Below, in pieces: positions 19,840-29,572 of a stretch of DNA of 64,000 nt. Both the position numbers and the translations under genes were made by a program. Position 1 is the first letter of the stretch, and each line of letters opens with the position of its first letter. The DNA lies in assembly GCA_018694115.1 (NCBI GenBank), contig JABHNB010000005.1, forward strand, positions 374 through 64,373, read 5' to 3'. The notes under the pieces were generated by a model that worked only from the letters and a program-made list of their open reading frames with translations, ran no database searches and was not told the origin of the DNA. This DNA comes from an archaeon. Its GTDB lineage: Archaea; Nanobdellota; Nanobdellia; Pacearchaeales; GW2011-AR1.

Positions 19840-20685
19840 ATGAACTTCCCAGAATTAGCAATACTTAAACCTACTTCTAGATGTAATCAAAATTGTAAAT
19901 ATTGCTATGACGTAAAAAATCCTTGCGAAATTTCCTTAGATGAAATAAAGAAAATTATTTCTTATATCTCCCAAAATGGGACAAAATCGGTAATTATTAG
20001 TGGTGGAGAACCTCTTCTTAGGGAAGATATTGGAGAAATAATGGCAGAAATAAAATCTAAAGGTTTAAACGTTTTTTTAGATACAAATGGAGATTTCTTT
20101 CTAGATAGGTTAAATGAAATTGAAAGAAATATCGATATCTTGGGATTGCCCCTAGATGGTCCTTCAGAAGAGTTTTCATATAGGGGGAAGGAAAATTTCC
20201 AAAATGTGATAAAGATACTTGAGCATTATAAATCTAAAAAAGAACGGCCAAAAATTAGAATCGGGACCGTTGTGACAAAAGAAAATATAAATCTTTTGGA
20301 AGATATCGCGAAATTAATAAGAAATTTTGAAATAGACGTGTGGAAAATTTATCAGTTCATGCCTACTGGCCCTCTAGCAACAAAAAATAGGGCTGCTTTG
20401 GAAATTGACGAAAGAAGCTTTCTCGAGGCCATTAAAAATTTAAAAGATAAAAACCTCCAGTTAAACATATTAACTTGTTCCTCAGAAAGTCGCAAGAGAG
20501 CTCATTTTTTTATAGGATCTGACGGAAAAGTATATGTTCCCGAAGACGAGAAGGGAGATTGCAAGATTCTTGGAAGTGTGTTTGAAAAGGGCACAATTGA
20601 AGAATGGAAAAGAATAACGGACCTAAAAAGCTATAAAGAAAATTCCGAAAAAGTTCTTTACCCCCTGTCTTTAGAAGAGCATTAA
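19840..20685 (+). CDS. Radical SAM protein, viperin-like
   Basis: CNQNCKYC, SGGEP, DTNG, IGTVVTKEN, WKIYQF, FFIGSDG. Confidence 0.85.
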   Translation: MNFPELAILKPTSRCNQNCKYCYDVKNPCEISLDEIKKIISYISQNGTKSVIISGGEPLLREDIGEIMAEIKSKGLNVFLDTNGDFFLDRLNEIERNIDILGLPLDGPSEEFSYRGKENFQNVIKILEHYKSKKERPKIRIGTVVTKENINLLEDIAKLIRNFEIDVWKIYQFMPTGPLATKNRAALEIDERSFLEAIKNLKDKNLQLNILTCSSESRKRAHFFIGSDGKVYVPEDEKGDCKILGSVFEKGTIEEWKRITDLKSYKENSEKVLYPLSLEEH

Positions 20686-20691
20686 AACGTC

Positions 20692-21318
20692 CTATCCCAA
20701 CCAACGAAGTCTTCCCGGTCGCGGCTCGTAAATCAAACCTTCTTCAAGAAGGGATTTTATTTCATTATTGATCAGGTCTGGAGAAGCTTCAGTATCCATA
20801 ATGATTACATCAATATCTAATCCTCCATCTGTTTCCGCTTCCTTAATCTTCTGCATAATCATATCCTTAAGCGGGGAGTTTGAATCTTCTGGTAAATCTT
20901 TCCTAGAATTTTGAATTTCTAATTTCCTAACAAGTAACCATCTTGGATCAACCTTTTTTACAACTTCTGGAATAATATAAAGTTCAGCATTCCACTCCCT
21001 AACTGTCCCAATAATTTGAAGAGTATCCCCTTGCACTACCTCTTTTAATCCTTCAATATCTTCACCAAATGCCTTGAGTCTGATCTGTCCAGATGCATCA
21101 TCAACCGTAAGTGAAGCATACTTTTTCTCTCCATCCTGAATATATTTATCTACACAATTCGCAAGAATATTTACTCGAGCAACTTTCTTATCTCCCAACT
21201 CAACAAATAAGAACTTATCTCCGTCTGTAATTGGTCTTGCCTTAAGGATATCTCCAATTCGCAATTTAAATGCAATATTCCTCTTCCTTTGTTCTCCTGT
21301 TTCAATCGCCTCAGCCAT
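20692..21318 (-). CDS. Replication protein A subunit (RPA32-like OB fold plus winged helix)
   Basis: VDDASGQIRLKAF OB fold; GLIYEPRPG C-terminal winged helix. Confidence 0.85.
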   Translation of the reverse strand: MAEAIETGEQRKRNIAFKLRIGDILKARPITDGDKFLFVELGDKKVARVNILANCVDKYIQDGEKKYASLTVDDASGQIRLKAFGEDIEGLKEVVQGDTLQIIGTVREWNAELYIIPEVVKKVDPRWLLVRKLEIQNSRKDLPEDSNSPLKDMIMQKIKEAETDGGLDIDVIIMDTEASPDLINNEIKSLLEEGLIYEPRPGRLRWLG

Positions 21319-21378
21319 GTTCTAAAAATAGTGTTTGGTTTTATAAGGATTATTGTGGTTGAGTTGATACTCTTTCCA

Positions 21379-23433
21379 TCACATCCTTTGAATATAACCT
21401 CGTTTAGGTCTAAATAAATCTCCTGCCTTAACCATCTTTCCCAAGGCCTCTTCAAAATCTGAGTCCTTCATCTTTTCCTTAAGTTCTTTTTCTAATTCTT
21501 CTATCGGAATTAATTTCCCCAGCCGATTTTCCAGAGCTTCGACTGCCTCCCGAATAATAGACATCTTATTCCTTTTAGAGGCAGAATTTCCACTGATTTT
21601 ATCAATATCAATTGTCTTTGTCTCTTCATCATAACCCACTTGCATCAAATATCCCTTAACTAGCGAGATTGCGGCAAGAGCATCTTTCTTGGTAACCTTC
21701 TTACTCAATCTAATCCTTGCATGAGCCTCTGCCAAACGAACCAATGCTTCAAGCTGTCGAGCACCGATAGGAATCGGACGATTAGGACTATCTCCTAACT
21801 GTGGTTGATTACGAAGACCAACATAAAAACTCTTCATCTCGGCAACTGCCTCATCCGTAAGGATTGGATCATATTTCTGTTTTGCATATGAAACATATTT
21901 TCTCAATAAATCCCTATCGATTACATCATGCTGAGTCTTATGTTTTGTATCCTGCTTATGTTCCATTAAAACATGCATTGCAATGGATTCATCCCGATCC
22001 TTGCTGGGGATATCCCGCATAATAAAAATACAGTCAAAACGACTTAACAATGAGGGTGGGAGGTTTACCTGTTTAGGAATAGATTGCGTTGGATCAAATC
22101 GACCAAACTTTGGATTAGCCGCCGCAAGAACTGCAGTCTGAGAACGCAAGGTTGCTTGAACCGTAGCCTTAGAAATTGTAACTGTCTGTTGTTCCATCGC
22201 CTCATGCATTGTACTCCGATCTTCCTCATCCATCTTATCGAACTCATCAATACAAATCAACCCCTTATTCGCCAAAACCATTGCACCAGCCTCAAGAGAC
22301 CAACCCTTCAACAATTCATCCTTAACTACCGTAGCAGTTAATCCCGCACCAGTTGCGGATTTTCCCGAAACATATCTTGCCTTTGGCGCAATTCCTGAAA
22401 TAAAACCTAACATAACCGATTTCGCAACACCTGGATCTCCCACAAGAAGGATATGAATATCTCCCCTCATCTTTGTCCCATCACTTCGCTGTTTCTTTAC
22501 TCCCCCGAATAATTGAAATGCCAACGCCCTTTTCTCTTCGTTTTGTCCCCAAATAGATGGCGCAATACTTCCAACCATTTTATCCATAATCTGGGGGTCA
22601 GCAGCCAATTCTCTAATTGCTCTTTCATCCTCTTCACTAATATCTACATCTTCAAAACTCTCTTCAAGGGGAACAACATTATTCGCCTCAATAGCCAAAT
22701 CAAACCTTGTCAAGACTGCCCCCGAAGATGAAGATAACGCAATTTCTTTCAAAATTCCAATAATCATAACCCTACTTCCTGGAGTTGTTCTCATCTCCAT
22801 CTTTGGATCAACTAAATCTTCCTTAAGGAAAATATTCATTCTCTTTGGTTGCTCTCCTCCACTAAGGTTGTCAGATGCTTCTTCAATTGTTAATGCCTGT
22901 GCGTCAACCATATGCTTAGATATTTCCTTAAATCCTCCCCGCCTTCCACAAGAACATCTTGACGGTTCCTTGAACTTCTTATCAATCTGCAAAACAGAAA
23001 TAATCGTTCCACATGAAGGACATTCAAATTTCGCGTTTGTAACTAATGGTCGAACTTCAGAGGCCTTTCGAACGATACCTTCAATACTAACCATCTTTCC
23101 AAGATGCTTTGCCCGAATATTTCTAATTAAGATCTCTTGGGACTTTGAGATACTTATGAATCTTGCTCGAGCGTTGTTTGGTGCCCACTCTAACTCTTCA
23201 AGTGCAATTTCCAATAACTGGACTGTTTCTTCAGGCCTGTCCAATAATTGCTCTGCTAATTGTGGAGAGTGTGCAGAAAAATCCTCAAAATCAATATGAA
23301 CAATCTTATCTCCCCGTTTCTTAACTTCACCAATGTCTTTCCGATTCATTTCAAAGAATTCTTTTGCATCCGCTAGAAATTCATCTTGATTAATTCTTTC
23401 AGGACTATTCCCCTCTTTTGGTTCATCCACCAT
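21379..23433 (-). CDS. mcm: MCM replicative helicase
   Basis: Zn finger, GDPGVAKS, IDEFDKM, SRFD; no intein. Confidence 0.97.
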   Translation of the reverse strand: MVDEPKEGNSPERINQDEFLADAKEFFEMNRKDIGEVKKRGDKIVHIDFEDFSAHSPQLAEQLLDRPEETVQLLEIALEELEWAPNNARARFISISKSQEILIRNIRAKHLGKMVSIEGIVRKASEVRPLVTNAKFECPSCGTIISVLQIDKKFKEPSRCSCGRRGGFKEISKHMVDAQALTIEEASDNLSGGEQPKRMNIFLKEDLVDPKMEMRTTPGSRVMIIGILKEIALSSSSGAVLTRFDLAIEANNVVPLEESFEDVDISEEDERAIRELAADPQIMDKMVGSIAPSIWGQNEEKRALAFQLFGGVKKQRSDGTKMRGDIHILLVGDPGVAKSVMLGFISGIAPKARYVSGKSATGAGLTATVVKDELLKGWSLEAGAMVLANKGLICIDEFDKMDEEDRSTMHEAMEQQTVTISKATVQATLRSQTAVLAAANPKFGRFDPTQSIPKQVNLPPSLLSRFDCIFIMRDIPSKDRDESIAMHVLMEHKQDTKHKTQHDVIDRDLLRKYVSYAKQKYDPILTDEAVAEMKSFYVGLRNQPQLGDSPNRPIPIGARQLEALVRLAEAHARIRLSKKVTKKDALAAISLVKGYLMQVGYDEETKTIDIDKISGNSASKRNKMSIIREAVEALENRLGKLIPIEELEKELKEKMKDSDFEEALGKMVKAGDLFRPKRGYIQRM

Positions 23434-23486
23434 GGACTGAAAACCCCATAGTCTTATTTAAGTATTATTGGCATGCAAAGTATATA

Positions 23487-24359
23487 CTAATTGTAAACAA
23501 ATTCTGCCCGACCAAGGATCGCCTTTTCCTTAGTTTTCTTATAAACTCCAACGAATATCTCCCCTTTCTTATCTTTAACAAATGCCGCAAAACAGGCTTC
23601 ATTTGCTAATTTCTTAATAACCTCATCAGAAGCGATAGTATCCTTACGAAACAGCGGTTTTCCGTTGTATAATGCTTTCAAAACTTGCTTATCCACATAA
23701 ACAACTGGCATAACCTTCTTTATGGAATCTTCTGCTGGAACAATCATCTTTCTCAATGGTTTTTCATTCTCCCTTTCCTTCCAATCCCAAACAGCTTTCT
23801 CAAAATCCTCAAGTCTAACAAGGGTCTTCTCATCAAATATTCCTGCCATCGTCCTTCGAAGCTCCCCCATATGTGCTCCGCCAATCATTTCACCTAAATC
23901 CGAACAAATCTTCCGAATATATGTTCCTCCTTCAACCTTGCAATAGAAAAGAAACTCTCTGCCATCCGCATTAGCTTCCAGGAATTCAAATTTATAGACC
24001 TCACGAACCCTCTCTGCCCGTTTAACGGCAGATCTCACAGGAGGAACTTGCTTTATCTTTCCAGTAAAGTTCCTATCAATCAATTCCTGCAACTCTTCCA
24101 TCTTCTGGGGCTTATGTGTCTGCAAGATCCCGATATAGCTCTTATCATGCCGTATAAAGTGATCTGCCAGTCTACAAGCCCTTCCCAGAGTAATCGGCAA
24201 AACTCCCGTAACCTTTGGATCAAGCGTCCCCATATGGGAAGTCTTCTTCAGTCCCAGCTTCCGCTTCACAAACTCAGAAACGGAGTATGATGTCGGCCCA
24301 GCCGGTTTATCGATGTTTATTAGCCCGAAGTTCAGGAGTTTTTGGATGTCTTGTACCAT
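23487..24359 (-). CDS. cbf5: Pseudouridine synthase Cbf5/TruB
   Basis: IDKPAGPTS, HMGTLDPKVTG, GTYIRK; N-terminally shortened. Confidence 0.92.
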   Translation of the reverse strand: MVQDIQKLLNFGLINIDKPAGPTSYSVSEFVKRKLGLKKTSHMGTLDPKVTGVLPITLGRACRLADHFIRHDKSYIGILQTHKPQKMEELQELIDRNFTGKIKQVPPVRSAVKRAERVREVYKFEFLEANADGREFLFYCKVEGGTYIRKICSDLGEMIGGAHMGELRRTMAGIFDEKTLVRLEDFEKAVWDWKERENEKPLRKMIVPAEDSIKKVMPVVYVDKQVLKALYNGKPLFRKDTIASDEVIKKLANEACFAAFVKDKKGEIFVGVYKKTKEKAILGRAEFVYN

Positions 24360-24419
24360 AAATCAAAATATATGTCTCACTATATAAATTGTTTTAAATG
24401 GAGTTAATAGATTAATTTT

Positions 24420-24917
24420 ATGGAAACAACAAGAAGGAATTTTTTGAAGAGTTTAGCAGTAATTCCATTAGTTGGGTTGGGGTGCGAAAGCCGAGAAGAT
24501 AGATATTCTGAACTTGATAAAAAGATCGTAAAAGTGGTAAATGAATCTAGAGTCTCTCGTGAACATAGTTTAGAAGTAATGGTTGGGAAAAAGAAAGTAT
24601 CCGTTAAATTACATGGGGGGGCAGTGGGTGATAGAAGAATGGATTATCGAGTCGAAGATACATACGTGGAGATGAGGACGGGATCCGAAACTCCCAATAT
24701 TTATCAGATAATTGATGAGTCTCAGTTAAAAGCTTCCCCAAATTCTATGTACCGAGATTCAGATGCTCTCAGAGGAGTTAGAAATGATCCCGAGGCAGTC
24801 AGTAATGCTAAGGAATTTGGAAAGAAAGTCGCTGATGCCGTAGACAGTTATCAACAAGCTGCAATTAAGAAATCTGCCAAAAAAGCTAGAGAGACATTAT
24901 CTTCGGATAAAGAATAG
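24420..24917 (+). CDS. Predicted twin-arginine lipoprotein
   Basis: TRRNFLK signal, hydrophobic stretch, LGC lipobox-like site. Confidence 0.7.
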   Translation: METTRRNFLKSLAVIPLVGLGCESREDRYSELDKKIVKVVNESRVSREHSLEVMVGKKKVSVKLHGGAVGDRRMDYRVEDTYVEMRTGSETPNIYQIIDESQLKASPNSMYRDSDALRGVRNDPEAVSNAKEFGKKVADAVDSYQQAAIKKSAKKARETLSSDKE

Positions 24918-24919
24918 TT

Positions 24920-25636
24920 CTAAATCTCACCCTTCAAATAACTCTTCCTTTTCCCCTCTTCAAATCTCTCAATTGCATACCTCAACATTGTTCGGGGCAT
25001 CATCATATATCTTCCGCCTTCTTGTAAAAATTTCTCAAGAACCTTCTGGTTTCTCTTACCAATTTCACGCAACATCCAGCCAACAGCTTTATGGATCAAA
25101 TCATGTCCGTCTTTTAACAATAACTTCGCAATCTTCAATGTATCTCCAAAATCTCCCGCCCGAATAAAAGCAAATGTCGCAAGAATCGCGATTCGCCTTT
25201 CCCATAAATTATCACTCTTAACTAAATCATACAATACTTTCCTCTCTTTCTTCTTATCAAGCAAGTAACCCCCCACAACATATGGTGCAGACAAATCAAC
25301 TATATCCCAATTATTTATTCCCCGAGTATTTCCCAAATAGAAATCATAGATCTTCTTTTTCTCTTGTTCATCAGAGGCACGTTTAAACTTCTCAACCAAA
25401 ATCAAAGATCCCACATTTCTCTCATCATGAATTTCAGAATCCAGCAAACTTTTAACATCCTCAAAACTAGCTTCCTCCCAAAACTTCTTAACAACAGCCC
25501 TCTGCCGAGGCATCATCACCCCTAAAAAAATATCCCCTTCACCATACTGCCCTGGCCCAGTCTTGAAAAATCCTTGGAGGATTTTAGCTTTCTCTGGATT
25601 TGCATACTTCTTCAAGGCATCTTTGACGCTTTTCAT
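24920..25636 (-). CDS. alkD: DNA alkylation repair protein (AlkD-like)
   Basis: FFKTGPGQYGEGD, NNWDIVD, LWERR, KAVGWMLREIGK. Confidence 0.9.
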   Translation of the reverse strand: MKSVKDALKKYANPEKAKILQGFFKTGPGQYGEGDIFLGVMMPRQRAVVKKFWEEASFEDVKSLLDSEIHDERNVGSLILVEKFKRASDEQEKKKIYDFYLGNTRGINNWDIVDLSAPYVVGGYLLDKKKERKVLYDLVKSDNLWERRIAILATFAFIRAGDFGDTLKIAKLLLKDGHDLIHKAVGWMLREIGKRNQKVLEKFLQEGGRYMMMPRTMLRYAIERFEEGKRKSYLKGEI

Positions 25637-26061
25637 TCTAATCCAAAGAATAATTTAATACAAAGATCTTCATCAAGAACCAAAGGTAGGCCTAATGCAT
25701 CTTCTGGAGAAGCCCATTGAAAATCTTTATGTTCTTCAGATCTAAGATTTATCTCAGGTTTTTCTTCAAACGGAGAATGAAAGATATGATAAACAAAATC
25801 ATAGTCCGGAAGTCTCACAAATATTTTCTTAAAATGATTGGCTTCTGGAAGATTCAATCCTGTTTCTTCCATTACTTCTCTAACAATCGCTTCACCAATA
25901 TTTTCCCCTTCATCAACCTTTCCAGCAGGACATCCCCAAGTTCCTCCCTGTGGCTTATGATCCTGGCGATGAAGAAGTAAAATCTTTCCATCAACTTCAA
26001 CAAAACATCCAACTACTTCAAAAGTAGGTTCAAAATTCTCGGGTTCTTCTTCGTAAATCAT
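25633..26061 (-). CDS. NUDIX hydrolase
   Basis: Nudix box GKVDEGENIGEAIVREVMEETG. Confidence 0.92.
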   Translation of the reverse strand: MIYEEEPENFEPTFEVVGCFVEVDGKILLLHRQDHKPQGGTWGCPAGKVDEGENIGEAIVREVMEETGLNLPEANHFKKIFVRLPDYDFVYHIFHSPFEEKPEINLRSEEHKDFQWASPEDALGLPLVLDEDLCIKLFFGLE

Positions 26062-26090
26062 ATAACTAAACAGAGAAGGGAGTTATAAAC

Positions 26091-26723
26091 TTAAGCAAAT
26101 GCTTGCCTAAGTTTTGAAGTCACATAAGATTCTGCCCTTTCAGGCATGCTTAGGTGGCCACAGTTCGAGATAATTATTGGCTCGGGACAGTCTGTTTTGC
26201 TAGAATCTTCAAAATCTCCAGGAACATAGATTCTTCCCCTGGCAGGATAAAAGTTTGTATCATTGTCTCCCCATATCTGAACCATCCGCTTAAGATTGTT
26301 TCCAACTTTTTTTAGTGGACGTGGATCAACACCATCAATAACAATCCCCAAATCAACTGGGATTCCCTTTCGTTTACATTTTTCAATAAATTCTTCCGTT
26401 GGCCATCTTCCCATACTGTATCCTACTGCTGCAATTGGCAGATTATGATTATGTGCAACTTCAGCAACCTTTATTGCATTGTCAACTTTCCCCCAGCTAA
26501 TGTAATCCTGCGCTCCGACAGCCCTCGCAGATCGTTTTAATGGGGCATCTAAACTATCAAATAAAAATCCATGAAATCCAACAACTAATCCGTTCTTAGT
26601 CTCTAGTGCTTTAGAATAATCTTTTAGTGAACTTGCAGAAATTCCACAACCCGCTAACGTCGAAGCCGCAGCCGCACCCCCAAGCCCATATAAACTATTC
26701 TTTAGAAATCTTCTTCGTGACAT
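26091..26723 (-). CDS. Predicted twin-arginine lipoprotein with alpha/beta-hydrolase fold
   Basis: SRRRFLK, LAGC lipobox, GFHG, GYSMG nucleophile elbow, C-terminal GH. Confidence 0.75.
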   Translation of the reverse strand: MSRRRFLKNSLYGLGGAAAASTLAGCGISASSLKDYSKALETKNGLVVGFHGFLFDSLDAPLKRSARAVGAQDYISWGKVDNAIKVAEVAHNHNLPIAAVGYSMGRWPTEEFIEKCKRKGIPVDLGIVIDGVDPRPLKKVGNNLKRMVQIWGDNDTNFYPARGRIYVPGDFEDSSKTDCPEPIIISNCGHLSMPERAESYVTSKLRQAFA

Positions 26724-26756
26724 TACTGTGTTGTTCTTTATCATTAATCAATCCCA

Positions 26757-27518
26757 TCACTTCTTCAATGCCTTTCGAACCGGCATAGTTTTCTTCATAT
26801 GCTTTCCTTGAGCTGTATGTTTCATTTCCTTAGCTACGTTCTTTTCAGTTTTAGCTGCTTTTTCTGCAACAGACTTTTTATCTTCAGCTTCTTCAATCTT
26901 ATCGGCTACACCATCTTTATCCTTATCAGTTTCAGCTTCTTCTTTTGCCTTCTTTGGCGCTTTCTTCTTATTCTTAGAAGCTGCAGCCTTTCTCTTTTCT
27001 TCACGAGCAATCTTAAACTTAACAACTTCTGGAACTTCAGCCAATTCAGCATATACGATTCCATCTCGCTTTACTGCCTTAACTTTAATCTTATTAGCCG
27101 GCTTCTTAATTCCCCTAAACCATAATTCATTGTTCAAATTAATATCAATCTTAACTAAATTCAAATCTCTATCTTCTACTCTCATATGTTTTGCCAAGAA
27201 TTGTTTTACTACCTTAACTGCTTTCTTAGCTCTCTTATATCTTGGAACGGTCAAAATATATTTCTTAATCGGAATAACATATTCTCTCTCAAGCTCGGCC
27301 TTCTTAGGTTCTGCCTTCTTTTTACCAATCTTAAGTTCGTTGTCATCAGCTTTCTTAACTGCAGGCTTAGATTCCGTTTTAGTCTCAACAGTCTTTCCTT
27401 CTGCCTTGGCAATCGCTTCCTTATTCTCCGGACTACCTTTTATGTCATCAAGCTTTTTAGTTTCCGCCTTAGCTTCTTCTTTCTTCTCTTCCACTTTGGG
27501 TTTTGTTTCTTCTGCCAT
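26757..27518 (-). CDS. rpl31e: 50S ribosomal protein L31e with long charged extensions
   Basis: Core EREYVIP...RAKKAV...LNNELWFRGI. Confidence 0.9.
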   Translation of the reverse strand: MAEETKPKVEEKKEEAKAETKKLDDIKGSPENKEAIAKAEGKTVETKTESKPAVKKADDNELKIGKKKAEPKKAELEREYVIPIKKYILTVPRYKRAKKAVKVVKQFLAKHMRVEDRDLNLVKIDINLNNELWFRGIKKPANKIKVKAVKRDGIVYAELAEVPEVVKFKIAREEKRKAAASKNKKKAPKKAKEEAETDKDKDGVADKIEEAEDKKSVAEKAAKTEKNVAKEMKHTAQGKHMKKTMPVRKALKK

Positions 27519-27733
27519 TATCCTAGATAACTCTTAGGAGTTCTCCTTGGTTTAATCTTCAATTTCTTTGTTCTCCAGTTTCTCTTAACATGTGTAATTC
27601 TCGAAGGATGGATCTTCTTACCCTTTCCAAATTTCTTAAGAACTGTCCAGAATGGTGCCCACTTTGTTTGCTTTCCAGCTTTAGCGAGGTGCCTCTTCTT
27701 GCTACTCCGAGCAATTTCTTTTCTACTTGGCAT
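27518..27733 (-). CDS. rpl39e: 50S ribosomal protein L39e
   Basis: KKRHLAKAGKQTKWAPFW...RNWRTKKLK; between S19e and L31e. Confidence 0.85.
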   Translation of the reverse strand: MPSRKEIARSSKKRHLAKAGKQTKWAPFWTVLKKFGKGKKIHPSRITHVKRNWRTKKLKIKPRRTPKSYLG

Positions 27734-28316
27734 TTTCTACTTCCTCATCTTTAGTTTCAGTCTTAGGCTCACTAGATTCATCTTTTTGGGATTCAGTTTC
27801 CTCCGCTGATTCTTCAGCTTCCTCTGTTACCTCTTCTGGAACTTCCTGTTCAACTGGAACTGTTTCAACCTTCACACTTTCAAAATCAAGGCCACTAGTT
27901 TCTTCAACTTCAATAGAATCTAATAGTTCTCGTCCTTTAGCAGTTAATCTTCGGCCAAATTGTAATCTGCTTAATTTCTCAACTAAACCTGCAGCTTCCG
28001 CTTGCTGTAAAATCAATCGAATTATCTTTCCACCAGCTTTCTTGAACTTATCGGGCCTTCCGCCCCTATCTTTCCTAGAACCATAACGAGTTCGTAATTT
28101 CCCAACACCTACAACACCTTTAATGTATAATTGCCTTAAGATAGAAGCTGCACGAGTGTACCAAAAATCATCACTTACTGGAGGTCTCTGCCTTGAAGAT
28201 CCAGACTTAGAAAATAATGCCCATTCAGGAATCGCAAACTCAGGAATATTTTTTAGAGCTTCAGCCAAAGCTGGGATAAACTTCACTGGGTCTTTTGCAT
28301 AAATTACTTTTGCCAT
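27723..28316 (-). CDS. rps19e: 30S ribosomal protein S19e with acidic tail
   Basis: PEWA, WYTRAASILRQLY, GRRLT. Confidence 0.93.
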   Translation of the reverse strand: MAKVIYAKDPVKFIPALAEALKNIPEFAIPEWALFSKSGSSRQRPPVSDDFWYTRAASILRQLYIKGVVGVGKLRTRYGSRKDRGGRPDKFKKAGGKIIRLILQQAEAAGLVEKLSRLQFGRRLTAKGRELLDSIEVEETSGLDFESVKVETVPVEQEVPEEVTEEAEESAEETESQKDESSEPKTETKDEEVENAK

Positions 28317-28416
28317 ATTTTCTTAGTTCGGCCTCCCTTGCGGAAGTAAATCGTTAACCTCAAAGAGGAACTTTAACCTAATATCTCATCAAAAAATCAG
28401 TTTATAAAGATTACGA

Positions 28417-28752
28417 TTATCCTGAAATGGGATTCTGAATTGCATCTGCTAACATTCCTTCCAGTTCCTTGATTCTTGCTTGTGAAAACGCAACAGCCAA
28501 ATCAGAATAAGCTAAACGACTATTATTAAGAGAAAAATCCATCACTCCAGCACTCATTGTATGCATCATATCAATCACATGCCTAACATCGCTTACAGCC
28601 ACTTCTTCCAAAACTCCTCTTTGTAAATAGAAATAACTATCTCCAATCCAAAGATTATGATCTTCAGGATTCTTCTGATTTCTCGTTATTTTTATTCCTT
28701 CTCCATCATAGAGAATTTCTCCAGGAGCTATTGCATCTTTACCTTCTGCCAT
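28417..28752 (-). CDS. hypothetical protein
   Basis: 111-aa ATG ORF with upstream TATA-like box. Confidence 0.65.
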   Translation of the reverse strand: MAEGKDAIAPGEILYDGEGIKITRNQKNPEDHNLWIGDSYFYLQRGVLEEVAVSDVRHVIDMMHTMSAGVMDFSLNNSRLAYSDLAVAFSQARIKELEGMLADAIQNPISG

Positions 28753-28799
28753 AATTTATGAACAAAATCTCACTTTATAAGAATTTATATGCTATAGTT

Positions 28800-29054
28800 C
28801 TACCTTTGAGCTTTCCTAAACTTCTTAACTGTCATCACATAACCGATCAACTTATAATCAAAATTCTTTCCTAAACTCTCTACTAAGTCCTGTGCTATTT
28901 TTTCCGCTTCTTTCTTATCTCTACAAGCAGATTTCAAAATAGAGATCTTCACCATCATTTCCTTAGAATTCTCAAAAATGCTCTTTACCTGATTAATAAA
29001 CTCCGGACTAAGCCCATTCTTTCCCAGTTGCAATCTTTTCATTGGTTTTACCAT
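28800..29054 (-). CDS. YhbY/CRM RNA-binding protein
   Basis: LQLGKNGL, VKISIL, LIG. Confidence 0.85.
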   Translation of the reverse strand: MVKPMKRLQLGKNGLSPEFINQVKSIFENSKEMMVKISILKSACRDKKEAEKIAQDLVESLGKNFDYKLIGYVMTVKKFRKAQR

Positions 29055-29055
29055 A

Positions 29056-29487
29056 TTATCTTTTCCTATCTGCTCTCTGAACATCTTCTTTATGCTTGTT
29101 AAAGTTTTCGATGTCCTCTTTTTTAACTTTAATCTTCTTTATGACTTTTCCAACTCCCCAAGTCCCTGCTTTCATCTTTAGGTCTTTTTTCATGTCAGAT
29201 CTAAGAAATTGCTGAACAACAACATCTCGCTTATTATCTCTCCAATCTTGGCTATATCGAGCACAAAAAACCGCGGACTCTTCAATATCCTTATCATTTA
29301 TCTCGCCCTTATCCCCAACGCTACAAAAAGGACTTCCAGGAGCTTTAGTATGCAGCATAACGTTCTTTCTAGGGGCAGTCTTAACTAACGCATCATTCTG
29401 ATCTTCATCCTTTCCTCCGAAAACAAGTTCGCCAGATGACGTAACAAATTCCCGAAATCTTAATGGATTAGCAGCCCCTTGTTTCAT
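29056..29487 (-). CDS. NFACT RNA-binding domain protein (DUF814)
   Basis: GGKDEDQND, LHTKAPGSPF, AVFCARYS. Confidence 0.82.
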   Translation of the reverse strand: MKQGAANPLRFREFVTSSGELVFGGKDEDQNDALVKTAPRKNVMLHTKAPGSPFCSVGDKGEINDKDIEESAVFCARYSQDWRDNKRDVVVQQFLRSDMKKDLKMKAGTWGVGKVIKKIKVKKEDIENFNKHKEDVQRADRKR

Positions 29488-29572
29488 AGTTTATCTAAGA
29501 GAAATAGGTTTATAGATTTATTCAATACTCTCTCAACAACAGTTTATTAAATGGGGAATCCCTAAGTATTAA

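Noticed and set aside
21379..23433. Inteins in MCM (also checked TopA, ligase and Cdc48)
   Set aside because: Lengths and motif spacing are normal, with no intein or LAGLIDADG motifs
26799..28086. Plus-strand ORFs rich in F/L/S opposite ribosomal protein genes
   Set aside because: Antisense shadows of Lys/Glu-rich coding sequence; the same applies to most short overlapping ORFs in the track
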